Shown in pieces: positions 27,222 through 40,800 of a DNA stretch of 64,000 nt (positions within the stretch are counted from its first letter, which is position 1; every line of letters starts with the position of its first letter). The notes under the pieces were generated by a model. It had not been told where the DNA came from and searched no databases. It worked only from the letters and a program-made list of their open reading frames with translations. The translations under genes and the position numbers were made by a program. The stretch lies in contig NC_042998.1 in the NCBI RefSeq assembly GCF_006345805.1, positions 172,856,001 through 172,920,000 on the forward strand, given 5' to 3'. Source of the stretch: Octopus sinensis. Its lineage: Eukaryota.

Positions 27222-29195
27222 GATCAACTAATGATTAATAAAGCCATAACTGAAGACAACCACAGAAAGAAGAAAGGCCTCAGTATGGCCGGGATCGACC
27301 ACAAAAAGGCGTTTGATAGCATCCCGCCATTAACAAAGTAGCAGCAACAATTATAAAATTCATAGGACACTCTATGAATAAATGGCAAACAGTTCTCCAG
27401 CTCCAAACAAAAGAGGGACTCATGAAAACCAAAGCCACCCCCATTAGAAGAGGAATATTCCTGGGAGACACGCTCTCTCCACTCCTTTTCTGCTTGGCAC
27501 TGATATTCTAAATAGAACTGGATGCGGATATAAATGTTACGGCAAAACGATCAGCCACCTTTTATATATAGATAACCTAAAACTATACGCTGCAAATGAC
27601 AAACAGCTGGAAACACTATTAAAGACAGTTCATGGATTTACCAAAGAAATAGATATGAAATTTGGATTAGAAAAATGCGCCGAAGTAACCCTGAAAAGAG
27701 GAAAACTAGTTAAGAGTAGCAACATCACACTAGATAAAACCAATGAAATAAAAGAATTAGACCAAAGCCAAACTTACAAATACTCAGGAATCCATGAACT
27801 AGATAAGACACAACACACACAAATAAAAAAAAAAATAAAAAAAGAATATTATAGACGAGTTAGATCAATACTAAAAACAGAGCTCAATGCTAAAAACAAG
27901 ATAATAGGTATTAACACTTTAGCTGTCCCAGTTATAAGTTATAGCTACAATATCCTTAACTGGACACTAAATGAACTGACCAAAACAAATAGGAAAACAA
28001 GAAAAATAATGACAGGATCTAGGATGCATCACCCAAAATCTGACATAGAAAGACTATATATACAACGTATAGAAGGTGGTAGAGGCCTTATACAGCTGGA
28101 AAACTACTATAAAATAACCACCATAGGACTGCAAAAATATCTACTTCAGACGGAAGGAAAACTTATACAAATAGCGGCAAAACACGAGCAAAACAAAAAA
28201 CTGTTATCAGCATTTAAGGAAGCTGACAAATACAAACAAGAAATCATAGCACCTAACAAATATAAAGAAGATGAAGAAGATGAAGAAACAACAAAATCTA
28301 TAAAACAAATGAAATCCAAACTAAAACTAGAACAGCAAAGAACCATGATAAAACGATGGCAAGAAAAGCCCCTTCATAGTAAATACTGGACTAAACTAAA
28401 TACAAAAGAAATAGACAAAGAAAAATCCCAGCAATGGTTGAGAAGCTCAGGACTCAAAGCAGAGACGGAGGGATTTTTAATTGCAGCACAAGACCAAAGC
28501 CTCCCCACCAGAAATTACCAAAAACATGTAATGAAAAGAAATATAACAAGTAACTGCAGAATATGTGGAGATGGACAAGAAACAATATATCATATTATCT
28601 CTAGCTGCCCAGTCCTGGTTAAGAAGGAATATATTCACAGACATGACAGTGTTGGAACCTACATACACTGGAAGCTATGCCAACATTATGGAATAACAAC
28701 AGAAAAAAGATGGTATAGGCACAAACCAGAAAAGGTGAAAGCAACCATACTCTGGGATATGCCGAGAAATTAAGGCCAACAGACCAGATATAGTTGTCAG
28801 AGATCATGAAGAAAAAAAATGCTTTCTAATTGATGTATCAATACCGGCAGATGACAACGTGTCTCTAAAAGAAATGGAGAAACTTTCGAAATACAAAGAC
28901 CTGGAAATAGAGGTAACCAGAATGTGGCATCTAAAAACAGAAACGATTCCTATCATAGTAGGTGCATTAGGCATGATAAAAAAATATTCAGACAAATACA
29001 TAACAAAAACACTAGGACTTACAAACACATATAACATACAGAAAATTGCACTACTAGGCACTGCACACATCCTACGCAGAACACTTTCCATACAATAACC
29101 ATCAGAGCATCACAACATATCACAGCACATACCCAAGGCACACAGAGCTGCGCTCGGTAGTGAAGTGAAAGCACGCTATAAAAATAAAACTACTG
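27222..29195 (+). mobile_element. Dong/R4-clade LINE family A, 5'-truncated
   Basis: IDHKKAFDS, FGLEKC, HPKSDIERLY..GGRGL, AAQDQSLPTR, CRIC..ETIYHIISSC..HRHD, RLE region KYKDLEIE..IPIIVGALG...LRRTLSIQ*. Bounded by (AAT)n at 27152-27221 and 29196-29257. Confidence 0.9.
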
Positions 29196-29214
29196 AATAA
29201 TAATAATAATAATA

Positions 29215-29257
<43 letters not shown>

Positions 29258-29267
29258 GATTATTATT

Positions 29268-32266
29268 AAAGATTAGAAAACGGCAACAGTCCCACAAAAA
29301 GCCTTCTTGGCAAGAGCGTCTGCAACAACAAATTAAAATATTTAGATCTGACATTGAATATTTGAAAAACCTAAGGCTAACAAGACTACCAAACCTACAA
29401 AAACCCAAAATTACTGAAAAAATACAATATGAAAACTATACTTGATATTGATGCCACCATAGAAACCATCAAACAAAAGGTATCTGCCAAAGCTGCCCGC
29501 ATAGCGAGGTATGAAAAGCGTGTTAGATTTTTCAAGGACAACAACATGTTCAAAAATAACACCAAGAATTTTTACAGGAAGATAGGAAAAACAGCGTTTG
29601 CTGCAGGGTCTGTACCATCAAAAGAAGAAGTGCAGAGATTTTGGAATAAAATCTGGGCAGAAGAAAAAACACACAACGAAAAGGCCCCCTGGATTGACAG
29701 AATATCTACAGAACTGGACCCCTTAGAAGAGCAAAAGTGGGAGGGTGTCAAGGTAGAGGATATAAGATCTGCTCTCAGGAGGTCAAGCAAATGGAAGTCT
29801 CCAGGAAAGGATAAAATTCCTAACTTCTGGCTGAATGCCTTCCCAGAGAGCCATGAACTGCTAACAGAACTGTACAATGATGTTTTGCAACACCCTAGTA
29901 GGATGCCTCCTTGGCTAGTTAATGGGTTAACATTCCTGCTTCCAAAAAGTGAAGAAACAAATGAACCAAAAAACTATAGACCCATAACCTGCTTAACAAC
30001 TATGTACAAAACACTAACATCTGTCCTGACGGAATATACCTATAGTTTTTTAACAGACAGCAGCATATTCCCTAATGAACAGAAAGGATGTAAACGTGGA
30101 TCCTACGGCTGTAAAGACCAACTACACATCAATAAGATGATCTTAGAAGATTGTCACAAACGACACAAAAACTTATCAATAGCCTGGATAGACTATAAAA
30201 AGGCTTTTGATAGCCTACCACATAGCTGGATTAGGAAATGCCTTGAAATGTATAAGATAGCACCAACTCTGCGAAACTTCTTGACTGTAAGTATGAGATC
30301 ATGGAGAACCACACTAACTCTGAACAGTGACAGTGAATCCCTAAATGCTGGTGATGTAAAAATTTCGTGTGGCATTATCCAGGGTGACTCATTGTCACCA
30401 CTCCTCTTTTGTTTATCCTTAATACCTGTCTCAAAGCTGCTCAATGACGCGCAGTACGGGTATAAAATGTTTGATAAAAATATAAATCATCTCGTTTACA
30501 TGGATGATTTAAAGCTTTTTGCAAAAAATGATCAACAACTCAAGGGCTTACTAGCGATAGTCAAACAATTCAGTGACGACATCAGAATGCAATTCGGCCT
30601 CGATAAATGTGCAAAGGCTACCTTTATCAAAGGAAAAATGACAGAAACATCTAACGTTAACCTTGACCAACAGAATGTCATAAAAGAACTAGACCCAGCG
30701 GAGAGCTACAAGTACCTAGGGGTAATTGAAGGGAACGGAATAAGGCATTAGAGATGAAGGAAAGGATCAGGAGAGAATGCTATCGAAGAGTGAGAGCAAT
30801 ACTCAAGACAGAGCTGAATGCAAGAAACAGGATCGAAGCAATCAATGCATTAGCTATACCAGTCGTGACTTACAGTTTCAATATTGTTAACTGGTCAATT
30901 ACTGAAATATGTCAGCTCGACAGAAAAATAAGGAAACTGTTGACAATGCATAGAATGCACAACCCTAAGGCAGATACAGAACGACTTTATCTGCCAAGAA
31001 AAGAGGGAGGCCGTGGTCTTTGGCAACTGGCAATAACAATGAAGATTGCTACAATTGGCCTAGACACCTACCTGAAAAACTCTGAGGACTGGATGTTAAA
31101 ACTTGTCTCAAAACATGAAAACAAGAAAGCATCATACTCAGTCACAAAAGAGGCAAAGGAATATCTAAGTGAATTCCGAATACAACCAATTTCGGAATTA
31201 GAGATAGATATACAAGAAACAAGCACAGAAAAAGCTAGGCGCATGAAAACCCGTGCCAAAACTGCGGCCTTAGATATTCTGAATAATAAATGGCAAGAAA
31301 AACCTCTCTATGGCAAATACCCAAAGAGAGCGAATAATGCAGATATCGACAAAGCCCTGACCCATCAATGGCTAATGGCCTCTGGCTTAAAATCTGAAAC
31401 AGAGGGGTTTATCATAGCAGCTCAAGATCAATGCCTACCAACAAGAAACTACCAGGCCAACATATTAAATATCAGAAGCAGTCCAACGTGTCGTGTATGC
31501 AAGCAACAAAATGAAACCATTGACCATGTGGTCTCCAAGTGCAGTCTTCTAGCGCCTACAGAGTATCTCAACAGGCACGATAGAGCTGCACAATATATTC
31601 ACTGGGTAATCTGTAAAAACCTGGATTTGCCCCATGAAAAAAACTGGTGGGAACACAAACCACCCCCAGTGCTTGAAAATGACCACATCTCACTCCTCTG
31701 GAACTTCAGCATTCAATCTGACAGGAAGATAGATGCAAATAGGCCAGACATCATATTGAAAGACTTCAAACAAAGAACATGCCTCCTCATTGATATGACT
31801 GTCCCAATCGATATAAACGTATCTGTCAAGGCCTACCAAAAACTGAGCAAATATAAAGATCTTGAAATAGAAATCAGGAAACTGTGGAAGCTGAAGACTA
31901 AAACAATACCTGTTGTCATAGGTGCCTTGGGAATGATAGCAAAAGGGGCTGATAGCTACCTAACTCAGGTACCAGGAAACCCAAAAATGGCAGAAGTTCA
32001 AAAGATAGTGCTCATGGGAACTGCTCATATCCTACGCAAAATACTCTCTATGTAATCTCAAGGTTTAAAACAAACATAATTTTCGGTTTAAAAAAAAAAA
32101 AAAAAAACTTTTTTTTTAGACATTCATTAGTACAACATCCCCACCCCCCAAATATATGGCACACTAGGCATAACAACAACATGAACTTCCAACCCTGTTG
32201 TCTCTTGAGGTCTCTGGGTGAGACTTGGAGCCAACTTGTACAAATATAAAGCAAAAGTCAAACATA

Positions 32267-32267
<1 letters not shown>
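29268..32267 (+). mobile_element. Dong/R4-clade LINE family B, 5'-truncated, one nonsense codon
   Basis: ORFs 29429-30751 (WIDYKKAFDS, QGDSLSPLLF, YMDDLKL) and 30754-32055 (CRVC..H..C knuckle, RPD, KYKDL) are split by TAG at 30749-30751. (AAT)n/(GAT)n tail at 32268-32341. Confidence 0.95.
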
Positions 32268-32326
<59 letters not shown>

Positions 32327-32343
32327 TGATGATGATGATGATA

Positions 32344-32543
32344 ACTCCAATCTCCGTGAACTACAATAGATAACCTTGATGGGTACGTCCCATATACTAC
32401 GAAAAACACTCTCCATCTAAAATGGAATAAAGGTGGTGATAATTTTAGCATACGTAGCAATACGAAAATACCCTTACTACTCTTGGTCTCCGGAGGATGC
32501 CCGGTACTAAGGCAGCTGAAATAAAGTTATAATGCAAAGAATC
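32344..32543 (+). mobile_element. Dong/R4 3'-end fragment, family C
   Basis: ITLMGTSHILRKTLSI* followed by a 3' UTR and (AAT)n at 32544-32660. Confidence 0.7.
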
Positions 32544-32582
32544 AATAATAATAATAATAATAATAACAATAATAATAATAAT

Positions 32583-32660
<78 letters not shown>

Positions 32661-32661
<1 letters not shown>

Positions 32662-34256
32662 GATATCCCTGACATTGGTACTCAGGAAAATGAACCTAGG
32701 GTACTAACTAAAGGAAAAATCCCAAACAATCAATCACCTCCTCTTCATGGATGATTTGAAACTGTATTGCAAAAATGAGACACAAGTGAGTTCCTTGATT
32801 AACGCGTTCCACTGTTTTAATACTGATATTAGAATGAAATTTGGACTCAAGAAGTGCGAAGTAATCTACCTAAAAAGAGGCAAGGTACAGTTCCTAGCTG
32901 GGATAGTATTACCGAATAAAGACTTGATTAAGCAAATCGAAACGGAAGGATATAAATACCTTTGTGTACTAGATTACAACGAGATAATGGAAAAGGAAAT
33001 GAAGGAGCAGCTGAAGATAGATTATTTACGAAGACTAAGGTTGGTGTTGCACTCAAAATTGACTGAATGGAATAAAATCCAAGCAGTTAATACGTGGGCG
33101 ATAGCATCACTTCAGTATGGAGCGAGGATTATAAAATGGCAAAAGAAAGAAATGATGAAAATGGATACCAGGACCAGAAAAATGTTGACAGTGCACGGAG
33201 ACTGTCACCCTAAGAGTGACACCGATAGGCTGTACTTGTCCACAAGAAAGTGTGGGAGAGGTTTAATCTGTTGCCAGGACTGTATCAAAGCAGAGTAAAA
33301 CAGCCTAAGGTGGTATATAAAAAATGCCGTGGAGCCATTGTTGAAACCTGAAGAAGACCGGCGTCATAAAAGCTGAAAATTGTGTCTAAAGATAAATTTA
33401 AACAAGAAATTAACAAAAGAAAAGGAAAGTCATGAAAGGAAGAGAAAATAAACGTCAGTTTGTAAGAGATGTGAACGCCAAGACAGATACAGAGGACCGG
33501 TGGCTATGTATGAGGCGGAATGATCTGAAGATACAGACAGAAGCACTCATATGCGCAAATCAGGAACAAGCGTTAAAGACCAATTATATAAAGTGCTGAA
33601 CTGACAACACTACCGATAGCGACAAATGCAGAATGTGTGGTGAGAGGGGTGAATGCCCGAAATTGGCACAACGCGTATACAAACGACACCACGAAGATGT
33701 GGCTAGAATGATCTATTGGGGGCTCTGTGGAAGTCACAGCCTTCAAAGAGCAAAGATGTGGTATGAGAAAATTCCATAATGAGTCACTGAAAACGAGAAA
33801 TGCAAAATCCTGTGGATGCAATGATCCAGTGCTATCACCTGAGCAGACATCGGAAACCAGACATTGTTGTGGTGAATAAAAAGGAAAGAACATTATGATA
33901 ATCGGCATAACATGCCTCGATGACAACAGGATCAATGTGAAAGAAGAAGAAAAATTAAACAACTGTGATGATTTAAAGTGCGAAATACGAAGGTTGTAGT
34001 CAATGAAGAGAGTAGGCGTGATACCAATAGCAATTGGTGCACTTGGAAGTATCAGCACTCAACTACCAACATGCCTGAATAAAGATCGGTGCAAGTGTGA
34101 AGGTACAACACCTACAAAAATCTGCATTGCTTGGAACTGCAAGAATTCTTCGCAGGGTTCTTGAAGCATGACCAGTAAACAAGTGTCACCTTAGTTTGCT
34201 GGCTGTGGACAACTGACACTTTCCATTATACCCAGCAAAATAAGCTATGAGCTTTC

Positions 34257-34258
<2 letters not shown>
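32661..34258 (+). mobile_element. Dong/R4-clade LINE family D, degenerate
   Basis: HLLFMDDLKL, FGLKKC, HPKSDTDRLY..GRGL, NQEQALKT, C-terminal ALLGTARILRRVLEA*. (AAT)n tail at 34259-34360. Confidence 0.85.
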
Positions 34259-34343
<85 letters not shown>

Positions 34344-34844
34344 TAAAAATAATAATAATAGTCGGCTTGACGTGATAGCAACTGGACGTGGTCTTCGCTG
34401 CTCTGACCTATCAGCAGTTGAAGACACACAAACACTAATACAACCCAGCCGGACAACTGAAAAATAACTCTAAAAGACTGGAATATCAACAGTTTCCTGT
34501 GAATATTTTGAATTTCCCTCAAAATAAGTTAAGGAACTTACATATCTACAACTTTCGAACACATAAACGATCACCTTTAAAACCTTTAATACCTACACCG
34601 TCTGTGAATACCTATCATTTCCTTTCCCCCTGAGTATTCGAAAATGTAAACATCATATTTATTCCAAGAACACTATAGTTTTCTCTGTTCGGAAAGACAA
34701 AAAAAAATCATCTCCAGTAAATCTTAAAACCTTAATATCTACAATTTTCTGTGGAAAAAATTTATCTTCCTTTTCTTAGCGGTAATTTTCCCCTGAAAAT
34801 TCGAAACTGTAAACATCGATTTTATTGCAAAAAAACGCCACAGT

Positions 34845-34907
<63 letters not shown>

Positions 34908-36479
34908 TTAATAATAATAATGATGATAATAATAATAATGATCTATACTATAATGGAGAAAGGTGCTTATTAATTAGGTATGTAGCAATTACTAAAATTA
35001 CTAAAAGAAAGCAATTATTAATGGGCTGGAAATATTTTTATAAATTCTTGTTCTAAGAAATTTATAATTTCGATTTCTCAATTTTCTTAAATTGAAAAAA
35101 AAACAATTTTCTCGCAAATTTAAATATTCATAGCATTCACTGCGTCTAATTAACAAATTTAAATATCCATTGCATTCACTTTCACTTTTTCCATTCGCTC
35201 TTTGGAGAACCGACAGTTTATTCTATTAATGCATACGTAATTTATTATTTATTATTCTATTAACGTTTACGTAAGTTATTATTCATTGAATGAACATTTT
35301 TAAAATACCCGTATAATTTTTGAACGCGGGATAGCTGTAAGAAGAACCAAGAAAGTTGGGTAATTACTATTAGAAGACGAAGAGAAAAAAATTACCGACA
35401 CGTACTCGAAACTTGCAACTTATTCAGTCTCCCAACGCTCTGTACCACCGAGCCAATATATACATAAACAAGTTTAACGAGCGATTTCAACAGTGATACC
35501 CACGCGCACATACATAAATATGCATACACACAAATGAAAACCATGAATGTGTGTGTATGTGTGTGTGTGTATGTGTGTGTGTGTATGTGTGTGTGTGTGT
35601 GTGTGTTGCAGTTCACTGACAAAACTTCATGCTGCATTACTTTTGCGAAGTTTTGTCAGTGAACAGGTCGTAGTTTCAAAGCGAAGAAAATATTTTGACA
35701 CAAATGAAATTTTGTGAAACGGGTACTACTTAAATACAGAGGTCCCTTAACGGTATTACTTAAATACAGGTGTTACGCACAAAATATTTTAAATGAACGC
35801 TGCGTAGACGTGTAATGGTACACTAACTCTAACTAACCCTAAAACTAGCCCTAACCTTAACCCTAAAAACTGACCCTAAAAAGTCAGATTGTGTGAATTT
35901 TCCAAAACTCCTCTCGTCACCTCATCGGAAAAATTCTTTCTCATAAATCCCTATATACTCTCAAGCGGCATTTGTAGAAACTTTTGCTAAAACGTATCCA
36001 ATTTTCTGGATGTCATGAGGCAACAAAGTCGGGGGCGTATACATCTGTAATGCCCTTTTATTTTTATGATTTTTTCAATTGATGCTTATTTCATTCATTG
36101 TTTGCAATGTTCTCTCTCCCCCCTCTTTCTCTCACACACACTGCAAAGCTTACAGAGGGGAAGGTAAAACTTGACAAACTGCTTCTCCCTCTGTTGTTGG
36201 ACTACCGTGATGTTTGTTTAACAAAGAGAGATTATGACTGTGATAAAATAATGAAAGCAATACTTAATAAGCAAGTGAGCACTATTATACAAGAAAATAA
36301 TTAGACGTAAAATATAAAAATTATTAGAATTGGGAATAAAATTTTAAAATATTATCAAGGAGCTAGCAGTAAACAGCCCGGAAGGCGGTCTTTCTGTGAA
36401 TAATAATAATAATAATAATAATGATGATGATGATGATGATGACGAGGATGATGATGGTGATGATGATATCAGCACAAAC

Positions 36480-37790
36480 AAGAGTGATAAGAAACTGTCT
36501 CCTTGAAATATTCCTCTTTTAATGTTCTTTGTACCCCTTGACTTTCGTTGAGATGTTTATACCATTTCCCAGATTGTCATACTTCTCTTTAGCAAGCTTT
36601 GTATATTCTCTGCTACTCATTTCTCCATACATTTTCCTATCTATCTATTAGGTACCATATCGTAGGCCTATTTTGTAATCCACGTCTTTCCGAGTCCCAT
36701 TAACCTTCTTTTGCAGTTCTTTAGTATCATCTTGTCTAATAATACCCAATATTTATTCCCTCTTGACCTATCTTGAGATATGTGGTAGATATTGTGAATT
36801 GGAACCAAGAGAAACTGCAAGTTATTGGTCAAAAAGCTCAGAAGGAGAATTGCGTGAACACAGAAGTGAAAAGTCTCAGCCAGTATGTTAACAAAAACAC
36901 TGAAGAACACGCTAGGAGAAGGAGAAACAAAAGATGAAGTACTCTAAAGGAGAAATCAAAGTTATAGGGAAAAACCATTTACACCCACAGATTATGAAGT
37001 GTTCTGAGGCGGAAAGAGGCGAATAAACTTGTAAATGGTTGGAAAAAGGAATTCTCAAAACATAGGCAGAATGATTAAAGATGGCAGCTCAGTATCAAAC
37101 CCTCTGGACAAATAGTACAAAATGTAAGGCAGGAGTACATGTGTCGCCATTATACAGGTTGTGTGCTGAATGAGAAGAAACAGTGACCCACGTAGTAAGT
37201 GAATGTTCCAAATCGCCTAGATACAGTACATGATAAGGTTGCGAAGCACATTCACTGGGAAATGTGTAAGGCGTATGGACTTCCATCAGGACGTAAGTGG
37301 TACGAATGTGCGTGCACCTGAAAATGTGACAGAAAATAAGGCTAAATTTTTCGAGACTTTCGAGCATAATAGACTACATGTACAGATGACTGAGAGAAGG
37401 GAACAAACTTGTTACATAACTGATGTGGCCTGTCCATTTTTTACAAGAGAAAAAGAAACCAACAAGAAATCAACAAGGTAGATGTATACTGGGACCCGAA
37501 AAAAGATAAGCAGATTGTGGGATTGCAGAAAAGTAAGCTCGTGCCAATTGTCTTTGAGCATTAGGAAGAACAGGAAAGACGCTCAAAAAGAGTGCACAAA
37601 AGATTGACTTGCAGAAGCATACCAAATACATACAACTGGCCTGCTTGTTAGGGATTGAGAAGATTATTCGAAAGTGCTTGGATGGCTGGAGTCAGAGGTG
37701 ATGACTTCTTATCCAAGGGTAAGCCCACCTAAATTCCATCATGGAGATGAGATATAAATAATTTTGAAACAATAATAATTACCAGAAATA
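36480..37790 (+). mobile_element. Old Dong/R4 LINE (family E) with inverted 5' segment
   Basis: ~36480-36720 on minus reads AYDMVP...KRGIFQGDSF. ~36720-37790 on plus reads MAAQ.Q.L, RLC..EETVTHVVSEC, HDKVAKHIHW. Preceded by (AAT)n(GAT)n. Confidence 0.7.
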
Positions 37791-38500
37791 AGATCATCAG
37801 GCTTATGCAGAACTGAAGATTGCATGATCAGCTTCATTAAAATTCCCCATAAAGATTTACATTATTATTTCATTATAAACAACACACGGGTATCATTACA
37901 AATACTTCGAAGAAATTACAACTACAATTTAGCTTTGACACTACAACCACCACCTGTCTGTTTCATCACAACCATTACCCAGCTATTTTACTGCCGTCGA
38001 TGCTGTGTATTTATCATTACAATCACCACTGCAATGTCACTTCAAACACTCGCACTGACTCATTTCATTCAACACTCATCTGCGCCATTAAAACACTGCT
38101 GAAGTGTTCCGTTACAAATATTCAGTTGCGTTATTAACTCTTTCAATTGATCCCAGACTGACCTGAACTTTGCCATTAGAAACCACCGGCATGTTTAATT
38201 ATAACCATGACTTATATGCATTATTAAAACCACAGCTGTTTGTGTCAAAGTAACAACCACAGGTATGAAATTACTACCACGATTGAGTTTTTTTCATTAC
38301 AAGCAATGACCTTTCACATTTCAGTTTCTAAGAAATATTTTCATAAACCTTTAACGTGTATTAAAGATTTTAGAGCTTTTCCTTACTTATTGAAAATTTT
38401 CTTATAAATCTTTATATGTTATTTCAATAAATATTTACTCTTCCCCTCATATTGCATTATTTTACAAGTTTTAATCGTTTAAAAATCATTTAAAGACAAT

Positions 38501-38565
<65 letters not shown>

Positions 38566-39261
38566 CATGGATACACATATACATACATATATATGTATGA
38601 ATGTTTATGTGTTTGCGTGTGTTTGTGAGTGTGTATGTGTGTGTGTATGTGTGTGTATGTGTGTGTGTGTGTGTTTGTGTGTGCATATATATAAATTCCA
38701 ATTACATAGTGTAGTAAAACATTCCCGGAGGCGAATAGTAGCGAATAACTGAAAACTAATATAACTAGAAAGCACAAAAAATATCCGAATAAATATATAA
38801 ATAAAAAATAAAATTCACTTTCTTATTTTGAAGGAAGCTATCATATAGAAGGTAGAGGCTGGAATGATAGACAGTTTTGAGGAAAAGGAAACAACATCAA
38901 AAATTGCGAAAATAAAACAACCCGAAACAGATTCGAAATGATGTGCGACAGTGATGTCAAGTAAAAACCTCACTTGACTGATACTTTGACATTTTTGTAT
39001 ATATATTAGGAAAGAACGAAATAAAAAAAAGTTGGGGCAAGCTACACTGAAATCAAACATTTAGATAACAAGAATTCATCGGAAGCGGTTAAAAATAAAA
39101 GGAATTCTAAACTGAATTGAGAAGGTGGATACAAAAACTACTCTAAGGTCAAAGATTTATAAGGTGTCTTAATTACCTCCAGTTAAAAGTAACACGAGAA
39201 GGGTGAGTTAGAACTGTGAAAGACTTTGAAACTAAAAAGATTGGACAGTAATATTAAATAA

Positions 39262-39920
39262 TCTTTTCTACTCTAGGCACAAGGCCCGAAACTTTGGGGG
39301 AGGGGACCAGTCGATTAGATCGACCACAGGACGCAACTGGTAATTAATGTGTCGATCCCGAAAGGATGAAAGGCAAAGTCGACCTCGTCGGAATTTGAAC
39401 TTCGAACGTAAAGACAGACAAAATACCGCTAAGCATTATCGCCCGCGTGCTAACGTTTCTTATTTCTTTATTGCACGCATGAGGCCAAACACAGAGGGGA
39501 TAAGCAAGGACAGACAAAGGGATTAAGTTGATTACATCGACCCCAGTGCGTAACTGGTACTTAATTTATCGAACCCGAAATGATGAAAAGCAAAGTCGAC
39601 CTCGGCGGAATTTGAACTCGGAACGTAGTAGCAGACGAAATGCCGCTAAGCATTAGGCCCGGCATGCTAACGTTTCTGCCAGCTCACCGCTTTCATTATG
39701 TTATATTCTTTTGTGTTCTAGGCACAAGGCCCGAAATTTTGGAGGAGGGGGCCAGTCGATTACAACGACCCCAGTACACAACTAGTACTTAATTTTTCGA
39801 CCCCGAAAGTGTGAAAGGCAAAGTCGACATCAGCGGAATTTGAACTCAGAACGTAGCAGCAGACGAAATACGGCTTCCCACTTCGCCCGGCGTGCTAACG
39901 TTTCTGTCAGCTCGCCGCCT
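39262..39920 (-). mobile_element. Three head-to-tail S2 SINEs
   Basis: Repeated GGCAAAGTCGACCTCG.CGGAATTTGAACT blocks in units ~39262-39465, 39466-39690 and 39712-39920. Confidence 0.85.
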
Positions 39921-40604
39921 TCATTATATTAAATAGTGTAATAATAATAATCGAAACATGTGACAAAAAATCATGCAAAGTATATTAGGGCTTACAGCAA
40001 TATAACCAATTCAAATATAGTCGTGCCAGACACAGTTCGCATCCTGCACAAGACACTTTCAATTATGTAAGGCATTTCAAACTGTAGACTCGCAGGACAC
40101 AAGAGTGTAATTTGGCAGAATCATTAGAGCGTTTGATGGAATGTTTCATGTAACTATTCCGGCAGTCTGAGTTCAAATCCTGCACAGGTGAACTTTGCTT
40201 TCATTCTTTTGGGATCGAAAATATACCATTTCAAGGTAGTGCATAGGCGGAACTGTGAGAATGTCGGACCAGATGCTTTAAGGTATTTCTTCCTGCTGCT
40301 TGATTTTTGAGATCAAATCTGACTTTCGCCTCCTATATTTAACTTGCCACTCAGATTAACGACTCCATCGATGGCACTTTCAGCATAGTCCAGTATATTA
40401 CAGCTGTTCAGCTTAGGCTGCTGGTTTGAGGATATATTCTTGCTTCTATTTCACCAATTTTAAGAGCCGTCTAAGGAATCAAGGCAACTGCTTCTCCTGA
40501 ATAAAAGACAAAACGTCATACGGTATACACTCACCTAAAGCTGATAATGAAATGTAATTCATACGATACATACTTTAAGGAAATGCCATCAAAGAACTTA
40601 ATGC

Positions 40605-40800
40605 ATGATAACACACTCTACTTATGACACATTTACAATACCAGCTATTGTAGGAGTACTAAGAATGATCAAACAAGAAGTTGAAAATAATTTGATAATT
40701 TTGTCTGGTTTATCACCCCCTGCAAATAGTGCAAAAAATTGTTTTAACTGGCACACCACTCGGCAAAAAACGGGAAAAACTGAAAGAAGAAACATGCATA
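40605..40800 (+). mobile_element. Dong/R4 3' fragment (a second short one at ~40020-40070)
   Basis: TIPAIVGVLRMIK resembles the IPVIVGALG motif; RILHKTLSIM* occurs at ~40045. Confidence 0.5.

Noticed and set aside
34500-34830. Degenerate direct repeats (AAAACCTTAATATCTACA-like)
   Set aside because: Too diverged to define a unit; probably an old minisatellite.
36154-36237. Possible 84-nt minus-strand exon (CACAG acceptor, GTAAGC donor)
   Set aside because: It could be a UTR exon, but there is no independent support.
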